Assembly (NCBI GenBank): GCA_041674925.1
Contig: JBAYUW010000003.1
Location: 2,042-66,041, forward strand
DNA length: 64,000 nt
From: Minisyncoccota bacterium
GTDB lineage: Bacteria; Patescibacteriota; Minisyncoccia; Phycocordibacterales; GWA1-40-21
Direction: 5' to 3'
Of this stretch, positions 9,258 to 18,671 are shown piece after piece. A program made the position numbers and the translations under genes. The stretch's first letter is position 1, and the number at the start of each line of letters is the position of its first letter. The notes below the pieces were generated by a model. The model was not told the DNA's origin. It did not search any database and saw only the letters and a program-made list of their open reading frames with translations.

Positions 9258-9803
9258 ATGTTTGAAACGCTTAAGGTTGTAGTTGAAGATGCAATCTTGC
9301 CCCACGACAAAGATTTGATCTTGTCTGTGGTGGAAAGTATCGTGGAGTTAATAAACCAGAATCCATTCACTAGTCGAATCTGGTTTTTGCTTCTGAATCC
9401 GGAAATAGCTCAGAAGCCAGTAATAAATAAGAAGTCCGAACTTAAACCACCAAATTGTATCGGCACAGCACTCTTTGTCGCTGGGCTTGATCAGATTGGT
9501 TATCCTTACCATGCCTATGATGATGAACTTGGTGATCACACGGGGGAATTCGATCCAGAAAACTTGCAGGGGCGTTTGTTCTCGAGTTATCGTCGGTATC
9601 CAGAAAGGATGATCCCCGGGGCATTCTGCTTCTCGTACTCAGAGGACGCAGACTGTCACGCTGGTATATACCTCGGACAGGTAAAGGGCGAGCATATCTT
9701 ATTTGCTCAACATGGAGCTGGCGGAGTTTTTTGTGTTGAAACACTAAGTGGAAATTACACAAGTCCCGATTTCTACATTCCTGCAACGTTGCAAAATCGA
9801 TAA
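9258..9803 (+). CDS. hypothetical protein with conserved Cys...His spacing
   Basis: ATG at 9258 within the 9240 ORF. No motif I can name with confidence; a Cys/His hydrolase is only a possibility. Confidence 0.4.
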   Translation: MFETLKVVVEDAILPHDKDLILSVVESIVELINQNPFTSRIWFLLLNPEIAQKPVINKKSELKPPNCIGTALFVAGLDQIGYPYHAYDDELGDHTGEFDPENLQGRLFSSYRRYPERMIPGAFCFSYSEDADCHAGIYLGQVKGEHILFAQHGAGGVFCVETLSGNYTSPDFYIPATLQNR

Positions 9804-9897
9804 TCTGGTGTCGTCCAGACATTGGAAGAAAGGCATTACGCTTCGCGTTGTGCCTTTTTTGTTTGAAAGAAATGGAGGGCTGGCTGGAATTTCTTCT

Positions 9898-10158
9898 TTA
9901 AGCCAAATGTTTATTCAAAAACGCCCGACCGGATCCGGATTTTAAATATTTTTCAAAATTAAAGGCCTTGTATTTATTTGCAAATGCAGTATAAGAGACC
10001 AGTATCATTGGTCGACGATTAATCGTGGCTGGCACGTATCCTTTATTATGCCGATTTAGCCTCTCTCTTAAATCTTCGGTGCAACCCGTATAGGGTTTCC
10101 CATCTACACACTTTAATATATAAACATAATACATAACCGCCATTTTAGTGGCGATCAA
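9898..10158 (-). CDS. GIY-YIG nuclease superfamily protein (UPF0213/YhbQ-like)
   Basis: YYVYILKCVDGKPYTGCTEDLRERLNRHN matches the GIY-(x10)-YIG core plus the conserved Arg and Asn. TTG start. Confidence 0.75.
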   Translation of the reverse strand: MIATKMAVMYYVYILKCVDGKPYTGCTEDLRERLNRHNKGYVPATINRRPMILVSYTAFANKYKAFNFEKYLKSGSGRAFLNKHLA

Positions 10159-10276
10159 GTCTAGAAAAATATCGAGGGGATGTCAACTGTGGATAAGTTG
10201 ACCGGCAAGTCTCTCCTTCGCGACGATCTACTGGCGGACATTGTCCGCCGTAGCTCGTCGCTTCGGCGAGCGAAGG

Positions 10277-10363
10277 CGGAGCCGGCTGGATTCGAACCAG
10301 CGAGGGCGATTAAACCCTGCCTCTTTAGCAAAGAGGTACATTAGACCACTCTGACACGGCTCC
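10277..10363 (-). tRNA. tRNA-Ser (anticodon GCU)
   Basis: 87-nt type II tRNA on the minus strand. Acceptor GGAGCCG/CGGCTCC. Anticodon stem CCTCT/AGAGG with loop TTGCTAA (anticodon GCT). Long variable arm CAGGGTTTAATCGCCCTCG. T-arm CTGGTTCGAATCCAG, discriminator G. Confidence 0.8.
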
Positions 10364-10461
10364 ATGGGGATAATCTAACATAATTGTTCCAATAAATCTA
10401 TAACTATGCTATACTACTCTAAGTAGTATTTATTAATTTATTAGCTTAATTAAGTAAAAAT

Positions 10462-10716
10462 ATGGCAAAAAGTAATTCGGCGTTTATGCAACCAAAGAAT
10501 TTGAGTGCAGAATTGGAGGCGGTCGTTGGCAAGGGTCCAATGCCAAGATCAGAAATTGTTTCCAAGCTTTGGGTTTACATCAAGGGTAATAATCTCCAAG
10601 ATACCAAAGACAAGAGGATTGTCGTTTGCGATGAGAAATTGCAAAAAGTTTTCGGTGGTGAAAAGACCGTTCATATGATGAAAATGGCGGGACATATCTC
10701 CAAACACCTATCTTAA
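10462..10716 (+). CDS. SWIB/MDM2-domain protein
   Basis: LSAELEAVVGKGPMPRSEIVSKLWVYIKGNNLQDTKDKRIVVCDEKLQKVFG fits the SWIB consensus (LS.EL..ivG.....R.evvk.lW.YIK.n.LQdp.nKr.I..D..L..lFG). Confidence 0.75.
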   Translation: MAKSNSAFMQPKNLSAELEAVVGKGPMPRSEIVSKLWVYIKGNNLQDTKDKRIVVCDEKLQKVFGGEKTVHMMKMAGHISKHLS

Positions 10717-10741
10717 ATCTTAAATAAATTTTGATTAAAAA

Positions 10742-10768
10742 AGCCACCACGATGAAGGTGGCTTTTTT
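10742..10768 (+). terminator. rho-independent terminator AGCCACC-ACGATGAA-GGTGGCT + T6
   Basis: 7-bp GC-rich stem, an 8-nt loop and a T-run, 26 nt after the SWIB stop. Confidence 0.65.
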
Positions 10769-10846
10769 AATATTTAATTATATGAGATAATAGTAAGAGG
10801 TAGGCTAAGTAAATTAGCTTTTTATAAAACTAATAAAAATTTTATT

Positions 10847-12043
10847 ATGAAAAAAATATTATTAACAGCATTCTTTTTAACGATCGCTTTTTCGGCGGTT
10901 GAGGCTGGTGCCGCCACTAACTGTAATTTCACTCGAGATTTGGAAGTCGGCGTCGTCGGTGAAGACGTTCGTTGTTTGCAGAAATATTTAAACGGAGCGG
11001 GCTTCACGATTGCCGCTGCTGGTGTCGGATCACCTGGCAATGAGACTAGTATTTTTAAAGATCTGACCAAGGAGGCTGTCTATAAATGGCAACTAGCCAA
11101 CGCCGTGTCGCCAGCGACTGGCTATTTTGGTTCTCTGTCTCGCGCAAAATATAATCAGGTTGTCGGTGGTTCAACTGGTGTGACATCATCGAATGTGAAT
11201 GCTTCACCAAGTGCTATGATCACTGATTTAAATAGTCAGATTGTTTCTTTGAAGGCACAACTGGCGACCGCTCAAGCCGGAACAAAATCGACTTCTGCGG
11301 AGGAGAAAAAAGCTAGTGATCAAATCAAAAAAGCTCTAGATATGATCCAAGACGCTGAAGATCAGATTGATGATTCAGATGAAGATACAACCACGGCGGA
11401 AGATAATTTTGATGATGCTAAAGCCGATTTCTTTGATGCCGTTGAAGCTTATTTCGAAAATGATTTTGAACAAGCTTTTGATTCAGCCGAGGATGCATAT
11501 AAAAACGCTGAGGATGCCTTTGAAGATGCCGGTGGTGAATCATTAGAGGATGAAGCCGATCAGGCGATTGAAGATGCAGAAAATGCTATAGATGATGCTG
11601 AAATAGAAATCGAAAAAGCAGATGATAATGACGAAGACGTCGATGAATCTGAAGATTTGTTAGACCAAGCTAGAGACGTTCTGGACGAAGCGCAAGATGC
11701 CTTTGATGATGAAGATTATGACACCGCTCAAGATTTGGCCGATGATGCCGCTGATTTAGCAGAAGATGCTATTGATGCGATTGGTGAGAGTAGCGACAAA
11801 GATGATGCCAAGAGCGCAATAAATGATGCTGAGGATGCAATTGATGAGGCGCAGGATGACATCGATATTGCTGAAGAAGATGGCGAGAATGTGAGTGATG
11901 CCCTAGATTTTCTTGATGAGGCAAGGGAAAAATTAGATTCAGCCGAAGAGAATTACGATAATGGTGATTATGCTGATGCTGAAGATGATGCTAGTGATGC
12001 TCTGGATTTAGTTGATGATGCTTTGGGTGAGATTGAGAACTAG
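10847..12043 (+). CDS. secreted protein with a peptidoglycan-binding-like domain and a long polyacidic (D/E/A-rich) C-terminal region
   Basis: Signal peptide MKKILLTAFFLTIAFSAVEAGA. A PG_binding_1-like segment (CLQKYLNGAGF...GYFGSLSRAKYNQ). The C-terminal ~230 aa is almost entirely D/E/A with recurring DAEDAIDEAQDD-type motifs. Confidence 0.6.
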   Translation: MKKILLTAFFLTIAFSAVEAGAATNCNFTRDLEVGVVGEDVRCLQKYLNGAGFTIAAAGVGSPGNETSIFKDLTKEAVYKWQLANAVSPATGYFGSLSRAKYNQVVGGSTGVTSSNVNASPSAMITDLNSQIVSLKAQLATAQAGTKSTSAEEKKASDQIKKALDMIQDAEDQIDDSDEDTTTAEDNFDDAKADFFDAVEAYFENDFEQAFDSAEDAYKNAEDAFEDAGGESLEDEADQAIEDAENAIDDAEIEIEKADDNDEDVDESEDLLDQARDVLDEAQDAFDDEDYDTAQDLADDAADLAEDAIDAIGESSDKDDAKSAINDAEDAIDEAQDDIDIAEEDGENVSDALDFLDEAREKLDSAEENYDNGDYADAEDDASDALDLVDDALGEIEN

Positions 12044-12720
12044 TGAGCCAGGGCCAAGCATAGTATTTTTTGAGCACCGGCGGACTGTAGGGTCTTGATT
12101 GCTTCTGACATGGTCGCGCCGGTGGTGATCACATCGTCGATAATAAAGAAAGAATAATTTTCTATATCTTTGTATTTATTATTGACAGTGAAACAGTCTT
12201 TGAGATTCTCAATTCTCTTTTGACGGCTTTTGGTGCGGGCCTGATGAGCGGTTTCTTCTTTCTTAATTAATAAATCTTCGAGCAGGGTAAAATTTTTGGT
12301 CTGATGTTCGTTGTCGATTTTGATTAATTCTCGAGCAAGTAAAACACATTGATTAAAACCCCGTTCTTTTTGTCTTGATTTTGAAGAGGGAATAGGGATT
12401 AAAACAATGTTTTGAAAACCATGAAAGTCTTGTAGATCGCCCAGTTCGTCAATGATAAATTCGTAGAGTAGTAAAGCAAAATCACGGATTAATTTTTTAT
12501 TGCCCCGAAATTTTATTTCCCAAATCGCCTGGCGACAGAGTTGCTGACGGTAACTGAATAGAGCGCGCATTTGATTATCGAGCAGTTGAGCCGGTGTCAG
12601 TTGTTCAAATAATCCAGTTGGACCGAGAGACTCCAAAAGTTTTACTAATTTTTCTTTTGGTAAAAGAAAATCAGCCAGCTTGTCGAGTATTTTTTCCAGA
12701 TATGTTATAATATTGAGCAT
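12040..12720 (-). CDS. comFC: ComF-family protein (ComFC-like phosphoribosyltransferase, DNA-uptake associated)
   Basis: C-terminal PRTase motif IIDDVITTGATMSEAIKTLQSAGAQKILCLALA. Diverges from pilM. Confidence 0.75.
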   Translation of the reverse strand: MLNIITYLEKILDKLADFLLPKEKLVKLLESLGPTGLFEQLTPAQLLDNQMRALFSYRQQLCRQAIWEIKFRGNKKLIRDFALLLYEFIIDELGDLQDFHGFQNIVLIPIPSSKSRQKERGFNQCVLLARELIKIDNEHQTKNFTLLEDLLIKKEETAHQARTKSRQKRIENLKDCFTVNNKYKDIENYSFFIIDDVITTGATMSEAIKTLQSAGAQKILCLALAH

Positions 12721-12734
12721 AAGTAGTATAAACT

Positions 12735-13859
12735 ATGTCTAATCTTCTTGACTCATTAAAAAATATTTTTCAAAACGATAAGAACAAAAGTGTTTTGGGT
12801 ATTGATATTGGTCCATCATCAATCAAGGTGGTGCAACTAAAGAAAAGAAAGGGACGTGCCATTCTGGAAACTTACGGAGAGCTATCCCTGGGTCCTTATG
12901 CCGGTATCGAAATCGGTCGCTCGACCAGTTTGCCGACCGAAAAAATCGCCGAAGCGGTGATCGATGTTTTACGCGAGTCCAATACTACCACAAATCGTTG
13001 TGGCATTTCCATCCCTATGGGTTCGAGTCTGGTGTCTTTTATAAAATTGCCAAAAGTGGATGATAAACAGTTGGCTCAAATGATTCCTCTTGAGGCCCGT
13101 AAATATATTCCAGTGCCAATCTCCGAGGTCAGCTTGGACTATTTGGTTATTCCTCGCAATGAAAGCACCGCCTCCGAATATCAAAACAGTGAACAAAAAC
13201 CAGAAGAAAAAACCATCGACGTTTTATTGGTCGTGATTCACAATGATGCGATGGAGAAAAATCGCGAGATTACTCGCTTAGCCAAACTTGATACGGCTTT
13301 TTCTGAGATCGAAATCTTTGGTTCGATGCGTTCAGTGCTTGAGCCCGGAACAGCACCCCAGATGATTATCGATTTCGGCTCTAATTCTACTAAAATTTAT
13401 ATTATCGAACGGGGCATCTTGAGGACGTCTCACTTAATTAGTCGTGGTTCTCAAGATATTACTTTGGCGATTTCTAAATCGCTCGGTATTAGCGTTGATG
13501 AAGCAGAAAAAATGAAACGCGAACGCGGCCTTTTAAAGAAAAGTACGGATCAAATGGATATCAATGAAATTACATCTTTAACTCTCGATTATATTTTTTC
13601 AGAAATCGGCCGAGTCTTACTCAATTATCAAAAGAAAACCGAAAGAAATGTCAGCAAGGTCTTCTTGACCGGTGGGGGAGTTTTACTAAAAGGTTTGAAA
13701 GAAAAAGCTGAGTCCAGTTTTAATGTGCCGGTGGAAATGGCTGACCCCTTTTCTAAGGTTGAATTCCCAGCCTTTTTGGAGACTATCCTAAAGCAAGCGG
13801 GTCCGTCTTTCGCGGTGGCAATCGGTCTAGCCTTGCGCCGTCTGCAAGATGTGAATTAA
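12735..13859 (+). CDS. pilM: type IV pilus assembly protein PilM
   Basis: Actin-like ATPase fold. N-terminal VLGIDIGPSSIKVVQL and overall PilM architecture. First gene of the pilus operon. Confidence 0.8.
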   Translation: MSNLLDSLKNIFQNDKNKSVLGIDIGPSSIKVVQLKKRKGRAILETYGELSLGPYAGIEIGRSTSLPTEKIAEAVIDVLRESNTTTNRCGISIPMGSSLVSFIKLPKVDDKQLAQMIPLEARKYIPVPISEVSLDYLVIPRNESTASEYQNSEQKPEEKTIDVLLVVIHNDAMEKNREITRLAKLDTAFSEIEIFGSMRSVLEPGTAPQMIIDFGSNSTKIYIIERGILRTSHLISRGSQDITLAISKSLGISVDEAEKMKRERGLLKKSTDQMDINEITSLTLDYIFSEIGRVLLNYQKKTERNVSKVFLTGGGVLLKGLKEKAESSFNVPVEMADPFSKVEFPAFLETILKQAGPSFAVAIGLALRRLQDVN

Positions 13860-13913
13860 ACTTGCTTAAACTCTGGCTTTTATTTTGCTTTGATATTATA
13901 ATAATAGAAGAAT

Positions 13914-14507
13914 ATGGAAACTAAAATGCAGACATCTTTCATACCGAAAAAACCGATCGTCGAAAGTCGATCCGAAGGTTCTGGTATCAGTCTATTTTTA
14001 CTACTAGCGATTATTATTTTTATTGTCAGTGTCGCCCTGTGTGGTGGGGTGTGGATTTGGCAAAAATCTTTGGTCGGACAAATCGAAAAAGATAAAGCCG
14101 ATCTAGAAGCTGCTCGGGCGTCTTATGAAGAAGGGGCCATCAATGATTTGATTCGTCTCGACAGTCGCATCAATGTTTCAAATGATCTATTAGATCGACA
14201 CATTGCCATTTCGCCGATTTTTGTTTTACTCGAGCAAAATATTCTAAAAAATGTTCAGTTAAAAACAATGAAGTTTAGTCTAGGGGCCAACAATCAAATC
14301 AAACTCGACCTAGCTGGAAATGCCAGAAATTACGATGCTCTATTAAAACAGGCTGATGCTTTGGGTACCAACGACTTGAAAGAGTTTTTATATCAACCGG
14401 TCGTTTCAGATTTTAATCCGACAGAGAATGGTACAATCGCTTTCAATTTTACTGCCTTACTGACACCGAAACTGATTTCTTATCAAGAAAAACTTTCGCC
14501 ACAATAA
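13914..14507 (+). CDS. pilN: PilN-like bitopic membrane protein
   Basis: Single N-terminal TM followed by a coiled-coil/periplasmic domain. In the pilM-N-O position. Confidence 0.5.
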   Translation: METKMQTSFIPKKPIVESRSEGSGISLFLLLAIIIFIVSVALCGGVWIWQKSLVGQIEKDKADLEAARASYEEGAINDLIRLDSRINVSNDLLDRHIAISPIFVLLEQNILKNVQLKTMKFSLGANNQIKLDLAGNARNYDALLKQADALGTNDLKEFLYQPVVSDFNPTENGTIAFNFTALLTPKLISYQEKLSPQ

Positions 14508-14511
14508 AAAT

Positions 14512-15075
14512 ATGAATTTTATTACCCCAATTATTTTAATTATCATTTCGATCGCCGCTTTCTTTGGCTATGTCGATCCTACCTATCGTGGCTCAGATGC
14601 CAACCCAGAGAGGAGAAGTGTTCAGAGTTTACTGGCTGAGGATGCTGAGTATCAAAAAGCTCTGACCGATACTCAATCGATTCGAGAAAATCGTGATCGC
14701 TTACAAAATATTAGTAATAGTTTTGACCCAGTTCAGCTCGAAAAGCTAGAAAAATTATTGCCAAATAATATCGACAATATTAAATTAGTGATGGATATGA
14801 ATCAGATTGCCAATATCCACAACCTGATTTTAAAGAATATTAAATTAGATACCGCTACCAAGGCCGATTCCAGCAAACTTGGCACTGATAATAATCCATA
14901 TGGCACCGTCGGTTTATCTTTCTCAGTGACTGCGTCCTATGATAATTTTCAAAATTTCTTAACTGATTTAGAGAGAAGTTTGCGTTTGGTGGATATCGTC
15001 GATCTTTCGGTGAGTGCCAATGATACAGGCCTCTATGAATTTGCCGTCAGTCTGAAAACTTATTGGCTAAAATAA
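14512..15075 (+). CDS. pilO: PilO-like bitopic membrane protein
   Basis: Single TM plus periplasmic domain, in the operon context. Confidence 0.5.
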   Translation: MNFITPIILIIISIAAFFGYVDPTYRGSDANPERRSVQSLLAEDAEYQKALTDTQSIRENRDRLQNISNSFDPVQLEKLEKLLPNNIDNIKLVMDMNQIANIHNLILKNIKLDTATKADSSKLGTDNNPYGTVGLSFSVTASYDNFQNFLTDLERSLRLVDIVDLSVSANDTGLYEFAVSLKTYWLK

Positions 15076-15416
15076 ATTTTATGACCCAAAAAATTAAACA
15101 AATAATTATCGCCGTCATCGTGATTATCGTAGCTTTTGTCGGCTTCAAGATGTTTTTCGGTAATAGTTCTGATGAGGCGCTGGTGGAGGATAAAGCTTCT
15201 TCTGCCCAATTCGTCGATGGTCAAGCGATTTTGTTTTTGCTCGGTAAATTAAATCAAGTCACTCTAGATACTTCAATTTTTACCAGTAGTGTTTTTACTA
15301 GTCTAGAAAGTTTTGAACGACCAGTAGAAGATCAAGCCATCAGTCGAAACAATCCCTTTGCTCCAATTGGGGTTGAAAATCAGGTTGTCAAAACTGCAAC
15401 CAGCACCACGCGATAA
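15063..15416 (+). CDS. small membrane-anchored protein (PilP-like position)
   Basis: 117 aa with an N-terminal TM, overlapping the pilO stop. Assigned by position only. Confidence 0.35.
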   Translation: MAKINFMTQKIKQIIIAVIVIIVAFVGFKMFFGNSSDEALVEDKASSAQFVDGQAILFLLGKLNQVTLDTSIFTSSVFTSLESFERPVEDQAISRNNPFAPIGVENQVVKTATSTTR

Positions 15417-15424
15417 AATTTAAT

Positions 15425-17164
15425 ATGAGCATATTAGACATCTTAGCCCAAAAAGACATAATCAAGAAAGGCGATGTGGCAAGAATCAAAACCGAGGCTG
15501 AATCAGCCGGTGTGCCAGTCGAACAGATCTTGATGAAAAAAGGCATCAATGAGGATGCTGTTTTGGATGCCAAGGGTCAATATTATAATATTCCCACTAG
15601 AAATCTGGAGGGTATGGAAATTCCTTTTGCGGTTTTAAAAAATATTTCTGAAGACTCAGCTCGTCATTACAGTTTTGTGCCGATTGCTGTGAAAGATGGC
15701 TTGCTTGAAGTGGGAATAGTAGATCCAGAAAATATTGAAGCTCGTGATGCCTTAAACTTTATTTCCAGCAAAGTCGGCTTACCATTCAAGTTATATCTGA
15801 TTTCCATGTCAGATTTCGAAAAAGTTTTAGATGATTATAAAGGCCTTTCCGGTGAAGTCACCAAAGCCTTGTCGGAGTTGGAGACTGAATTATCTGAAGA
15901 TGTCGATGGGGTAGAGATGAGTACGGCGGCGTCTCAAGAGGATCCACTCGAAACTAAAATCGTTGAAGATGCGCCAGTGACAAAAATCGTGGCGACGATG
16001 TTGCGATATGCGACCGAGGGCAACGCTTCGGATATTCACGTCGAACACATGAAAGACAAAGTCCGGGTCCGTTTTCGCGTCGATGGAGTTTTAAATACTA
16101 GTTTGCTTTTGCCGGCGACGGTTCATTCGGCGGTGATTGCTCGAATCAAAATTTTGTCCAATATGAAATTGGATGAAAAGAGAAAGCCTCAAGACGGGCG
16201 TTTCTCGGCCAAAATTGATGGTCGCAAAATAGATTTTCGTGTTTCCACCTTCCCAGCTTATTACGGTGAAAAAATCGTGATGAGAATCTTGGATCAGGAA
16301 AAAGGCGTGCAGACACTCGACAAGATTGGCTTATCTGAAACAAACCTTGGTTATATTCGCGATGCTATCACTCGACCTTATGGTATGATTTTGATTTCCG
16401 GTCCGACTGGTTCGGGAAAAACTACGACGATGTATTCTATGCTCGGGGAGATTGATAAAGAGGGATTAAACGTTTTATCTTTGGAAGATCCGATTGAGTA
16501 CAATATTGACGGTGTCTCACAATCACAGATTTTTTCTGATATTGGTTACACTTTTGCCACCGGTTTGCGTACCACTCTTCGTCAAGATCCCGACGTGATC
16601 ATGGTGGGAGAGATTCGTGATAAAGAAACGGCTCAGCTTGCCGTGCAGGCGGCTTTGACTGGTCACTTGGTTTTGGCTACGATTCACACAAATAATTCCG
16701 TCGGTGTTATTCCACGTTTGATTGATATGGGCGTCGATCCATTCTTGATTGCGCCAACTTTGATTTTGACCATGGCTCAGCGTTTGGTCAGAACTTTATA
16801 TACTGGAACTGGTAAAGCTGTGCCGGTGGAAGGTAGCACCAAGGCGATGCTCGATCGACAGTTTGCTGATTTACCGGAAGAGTATAAAAGTAAACTACCA
16901 AAATTTGAAAATATTTATGAACCAGAATCAACCGCCGAGTGTCCAACTGGTACTAAAGGCCGAGTGGCGGTATTTGAGGCTTTTAAAATGAATAAAGAAA
17001 TTGAGAAACTAATTCTGACCAATCCAACCGCTACCGCAATCTTTGAGTCATTACGAAAGAAAGGAATGTTGACAATGAAAGAAGATGCCATTATTAAGGC
17101 CCTAAACAAGCAGATTCCTTTCAGCGAGGTGGACAGTTTGGGCTTGATGGAAGAGGAAGTTTAA
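15425..17164 (+). CDS. pilB: type IV pilus assembly ATPase PilB (GspE family)
   Basis: N-terminal GspII_E N domain. Walker A SGPTGSGKTTT, Asp box, Walker B VIMVGEIRD, His box HLVLATIHTN. Confidence 0.9.
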   Translation: MSILDILAQKDIIKKGDVARIKTEAESAGVPVEQILMKKGINEDAVLDAKGQYYNIPTRNLEGMEIPFAVLKNISEDSARHYSFVPIAVKDGLLEVGIVDPENIEARDALNFISSKVGLPFKLYLISMSDFEKVLDDYKGLSGEVTKALSELETELSEDVDGVEMSTAASQEDPLETKIVEDAPVTKIVATMLRYATEGNASDIHVEHMKDKVRVRFRVDGVLNTSLLLPATVHSAVIARIKILSNMKLDEKRKPQDGRFSAKIDGRKIDFRVSTFPAYYGEKIVMRILDQEKGVQTLDKIGLSETNLGYIRDAITRPYGMILISGPTGSGKTTTMYSMLGEIDKEGLNVLSLEDPIEYNIDGVSQSQIFSDIGYTFATGLRTTLRQDPDVIMVGEIRDKETAQLAVQAALTGHLVLATIHTNNSVGVIPRLIDMGVDPFLIAPTLILTMAQRLVRTLYTGTGKAVPVEGSTKAMLDRQFADLPEEYKSKLPKFENIYEPESTAECPTGTKGRVAVFEAFKMNKEIEKLILTNPTATAIFESLRKKGMLTMKEDAIIKALNKQIPFSEVDSLGLMEEEV

Positions 17165-17203
17165 GTGTGATATAATTAGGGAATATTAAATAAAATAAAA
17201 AAT

Positions 17204-17608
17204 ATGGAAACTAAATTACCAAAGGTTTTGATCGTTGACGATGACAAATTTTTGTTGAATATGTACTCGATAAAATTCAGCAAGAATGGTTTTGAGGTTG
17301 CTTCGGCTGCTTCTGGTGAGGAGGCGCTTGGTAAGATAAAAGGAGGCTATACACCAGACATTATATTACTCGATATTGTGATGCCGGGGATGGATGGTTT
17401 TGGTATTTTAGAGACCCTTCGTAAAGAAAATCTAGCTTCCACCGCTGCGGTGATCATGCTTACTAATCAAGGTCAATTGTCTGATATTGAAAAAGCCAAA
17501 AGTTTTGGAACGAGTGGTTATATTATCAAAGCCACCACGATTCCCTCAGAAGTCGTGGAAGAAGTAATTCGTATTTATAATTTACAAAAAAATACAATAA
17601 CCAAGTAA
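17204..17608 (+). CDS. REC-only response regulator (CheY-like), embedded between pilB and pilT
   Basis: KVLIVDDD, phospho-acceptor region LLDIVMPGMDG, a conserved Thr/Ser and Lys. No output domain. Confidence 0.8.
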   Translation: METKLPKVLIVDDDKFLLNMYSIKFSKNGFEVASAASGEEALGKIKGGYTPDIILLDIVMPGMDGFGILETLRKENLASTAAVIMLTNQGQLSDIEKAKSFGTSGYIIKATTIPSEVVEEVIRIYNLQKNTITK

Positions 17609-17609
17609 T

Positions 17610-18671
17610 ATGATAGATTACAAAGCTTATTTAATGGATTTAATTAAGACGGTGGTAGGCGAAGGGGCTTCTGACCTACACGTGTCTGAGGGCCGACACC
17701 CAACCATACGCGTTTCTGGTATGCTTTTACCTTTGGTCAAGCACGCAGTTTTAAGTAAAGAAGATACGGCTGGATTATTGTCTGAACTTTTATCACCGCA
17801 GAATAAAGAAATATTTTACTCGACCAAGGAAATCGATTTTTCTTACAGTGCGCTCGATGCTCGTTTTCGAGGTAATGCTTTTTTTCAACAAGGTGCGGTA
17901 TCGATTGCTCTACGTCTGGTTCCTAAAAAAATCAGAACTTTTGAGGAGTTGAATTTACCTGAAATTTTGAAAACTTTCGCCGAGAAACAGCAGGGATTCT
18001 TTTTGGTTGTCGGTCCCGTCGGTCATGGAAAAAGTACCACCTTGGCGGCCATGCTGGATTATGTCAATAACAGTCGGGCTGAACACATTTTGACCATCGA
18101 AGATCCAATCGAATATATTTATGAACAAAAAAGATCGGTTGTTGATCAAAGAGAAGTTCGTATTGATACTACCGATTTTGCCAACGCTTTGAAGAGTATG
18201 TTTCGTGAGGACGTGGATGTGGTCTTGATTGGAGAAATGCGCGGAACAGAAACTATTTCAACCGCCGTGACTGCGGCAGAGACCGGGCATTTGGTTTTTT
18301 CAACTTTACATACTAATAGCGCTAGCCAGACTATTGATCGAATTATCGACTCTTTCCCTGGTAGTCAACAAGATCAAATTCGCAGTCAATTATCTAGTAG
18401 CTTGAATGGTATTTTCTCTCAGCGTTTGGTACCGAGGATTTCTGGTGGACTTGTTCCGGCTTATGAATTATTGATAAACAATAGCGCCGTTTCAAACTTG
18501 ATTCGTGAAAAAAGAACACATGAAATAAATACCGTCATTGAGACCAGTTCACAAGAGGGAATGGTGGATATGAACCGCTGTTTAGCTGATTTGGTCGCCC
18601 GCGGTGAAATTACGATTGAAAATGCTTACTTATATTCCAATAATCCTAAAACTCTCGAAAGATTACTATGA
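17610..18671 (+). CDS. pilT: twitching motility / pilus retraction ATPase PilT
   Basis: Walker A GPVGHGKSTTLAAM, Walker B VVLIGEMRG, His box HLVFSTLHTN. About 350 aa, typical of PilT. Confidence 0.9.
   Translation: MIDYKAYLMDLIKTVVGEGASDLHVSEGRHPTIRVSGMLLPLVKHAVLSKEDTAGLLSELLSPQNKEIFYSTKEIDFSYSALDARFRGNAFFQQGAVSIALRLVPKKIRTFEELNLPEILKTFAEKQQGFFLVVGPVGHGKSTTLAAMLDYVNNSRAEHILTIEDPIEYIYEQKRSVVDQREVRIDTTDFANALKSMFREDVDVVLIGEMRGTETISTAVTAAETGHLVFSTLHTNSASQTIDRIIDSFPGSQQDQIRSQLSSSLNGIFSQRLVPRISGGLVPAYELLINNSAVSNLIREKRTHEINTVIETSSQEGMVDMNRCLADLVARGEITIENAYLYSNNPKTLERLL

Noticed and set aside
11300-12043. DNA-level tandem repeat or simple-sequence region in the acidic protein gene
   Set aside because: The repetitiveness is at the amino-acid level (D/E/A-rich) with degenerate codons. 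There is no exact DNA tandem unit that would suggest a VNTR or an assembly artefact.
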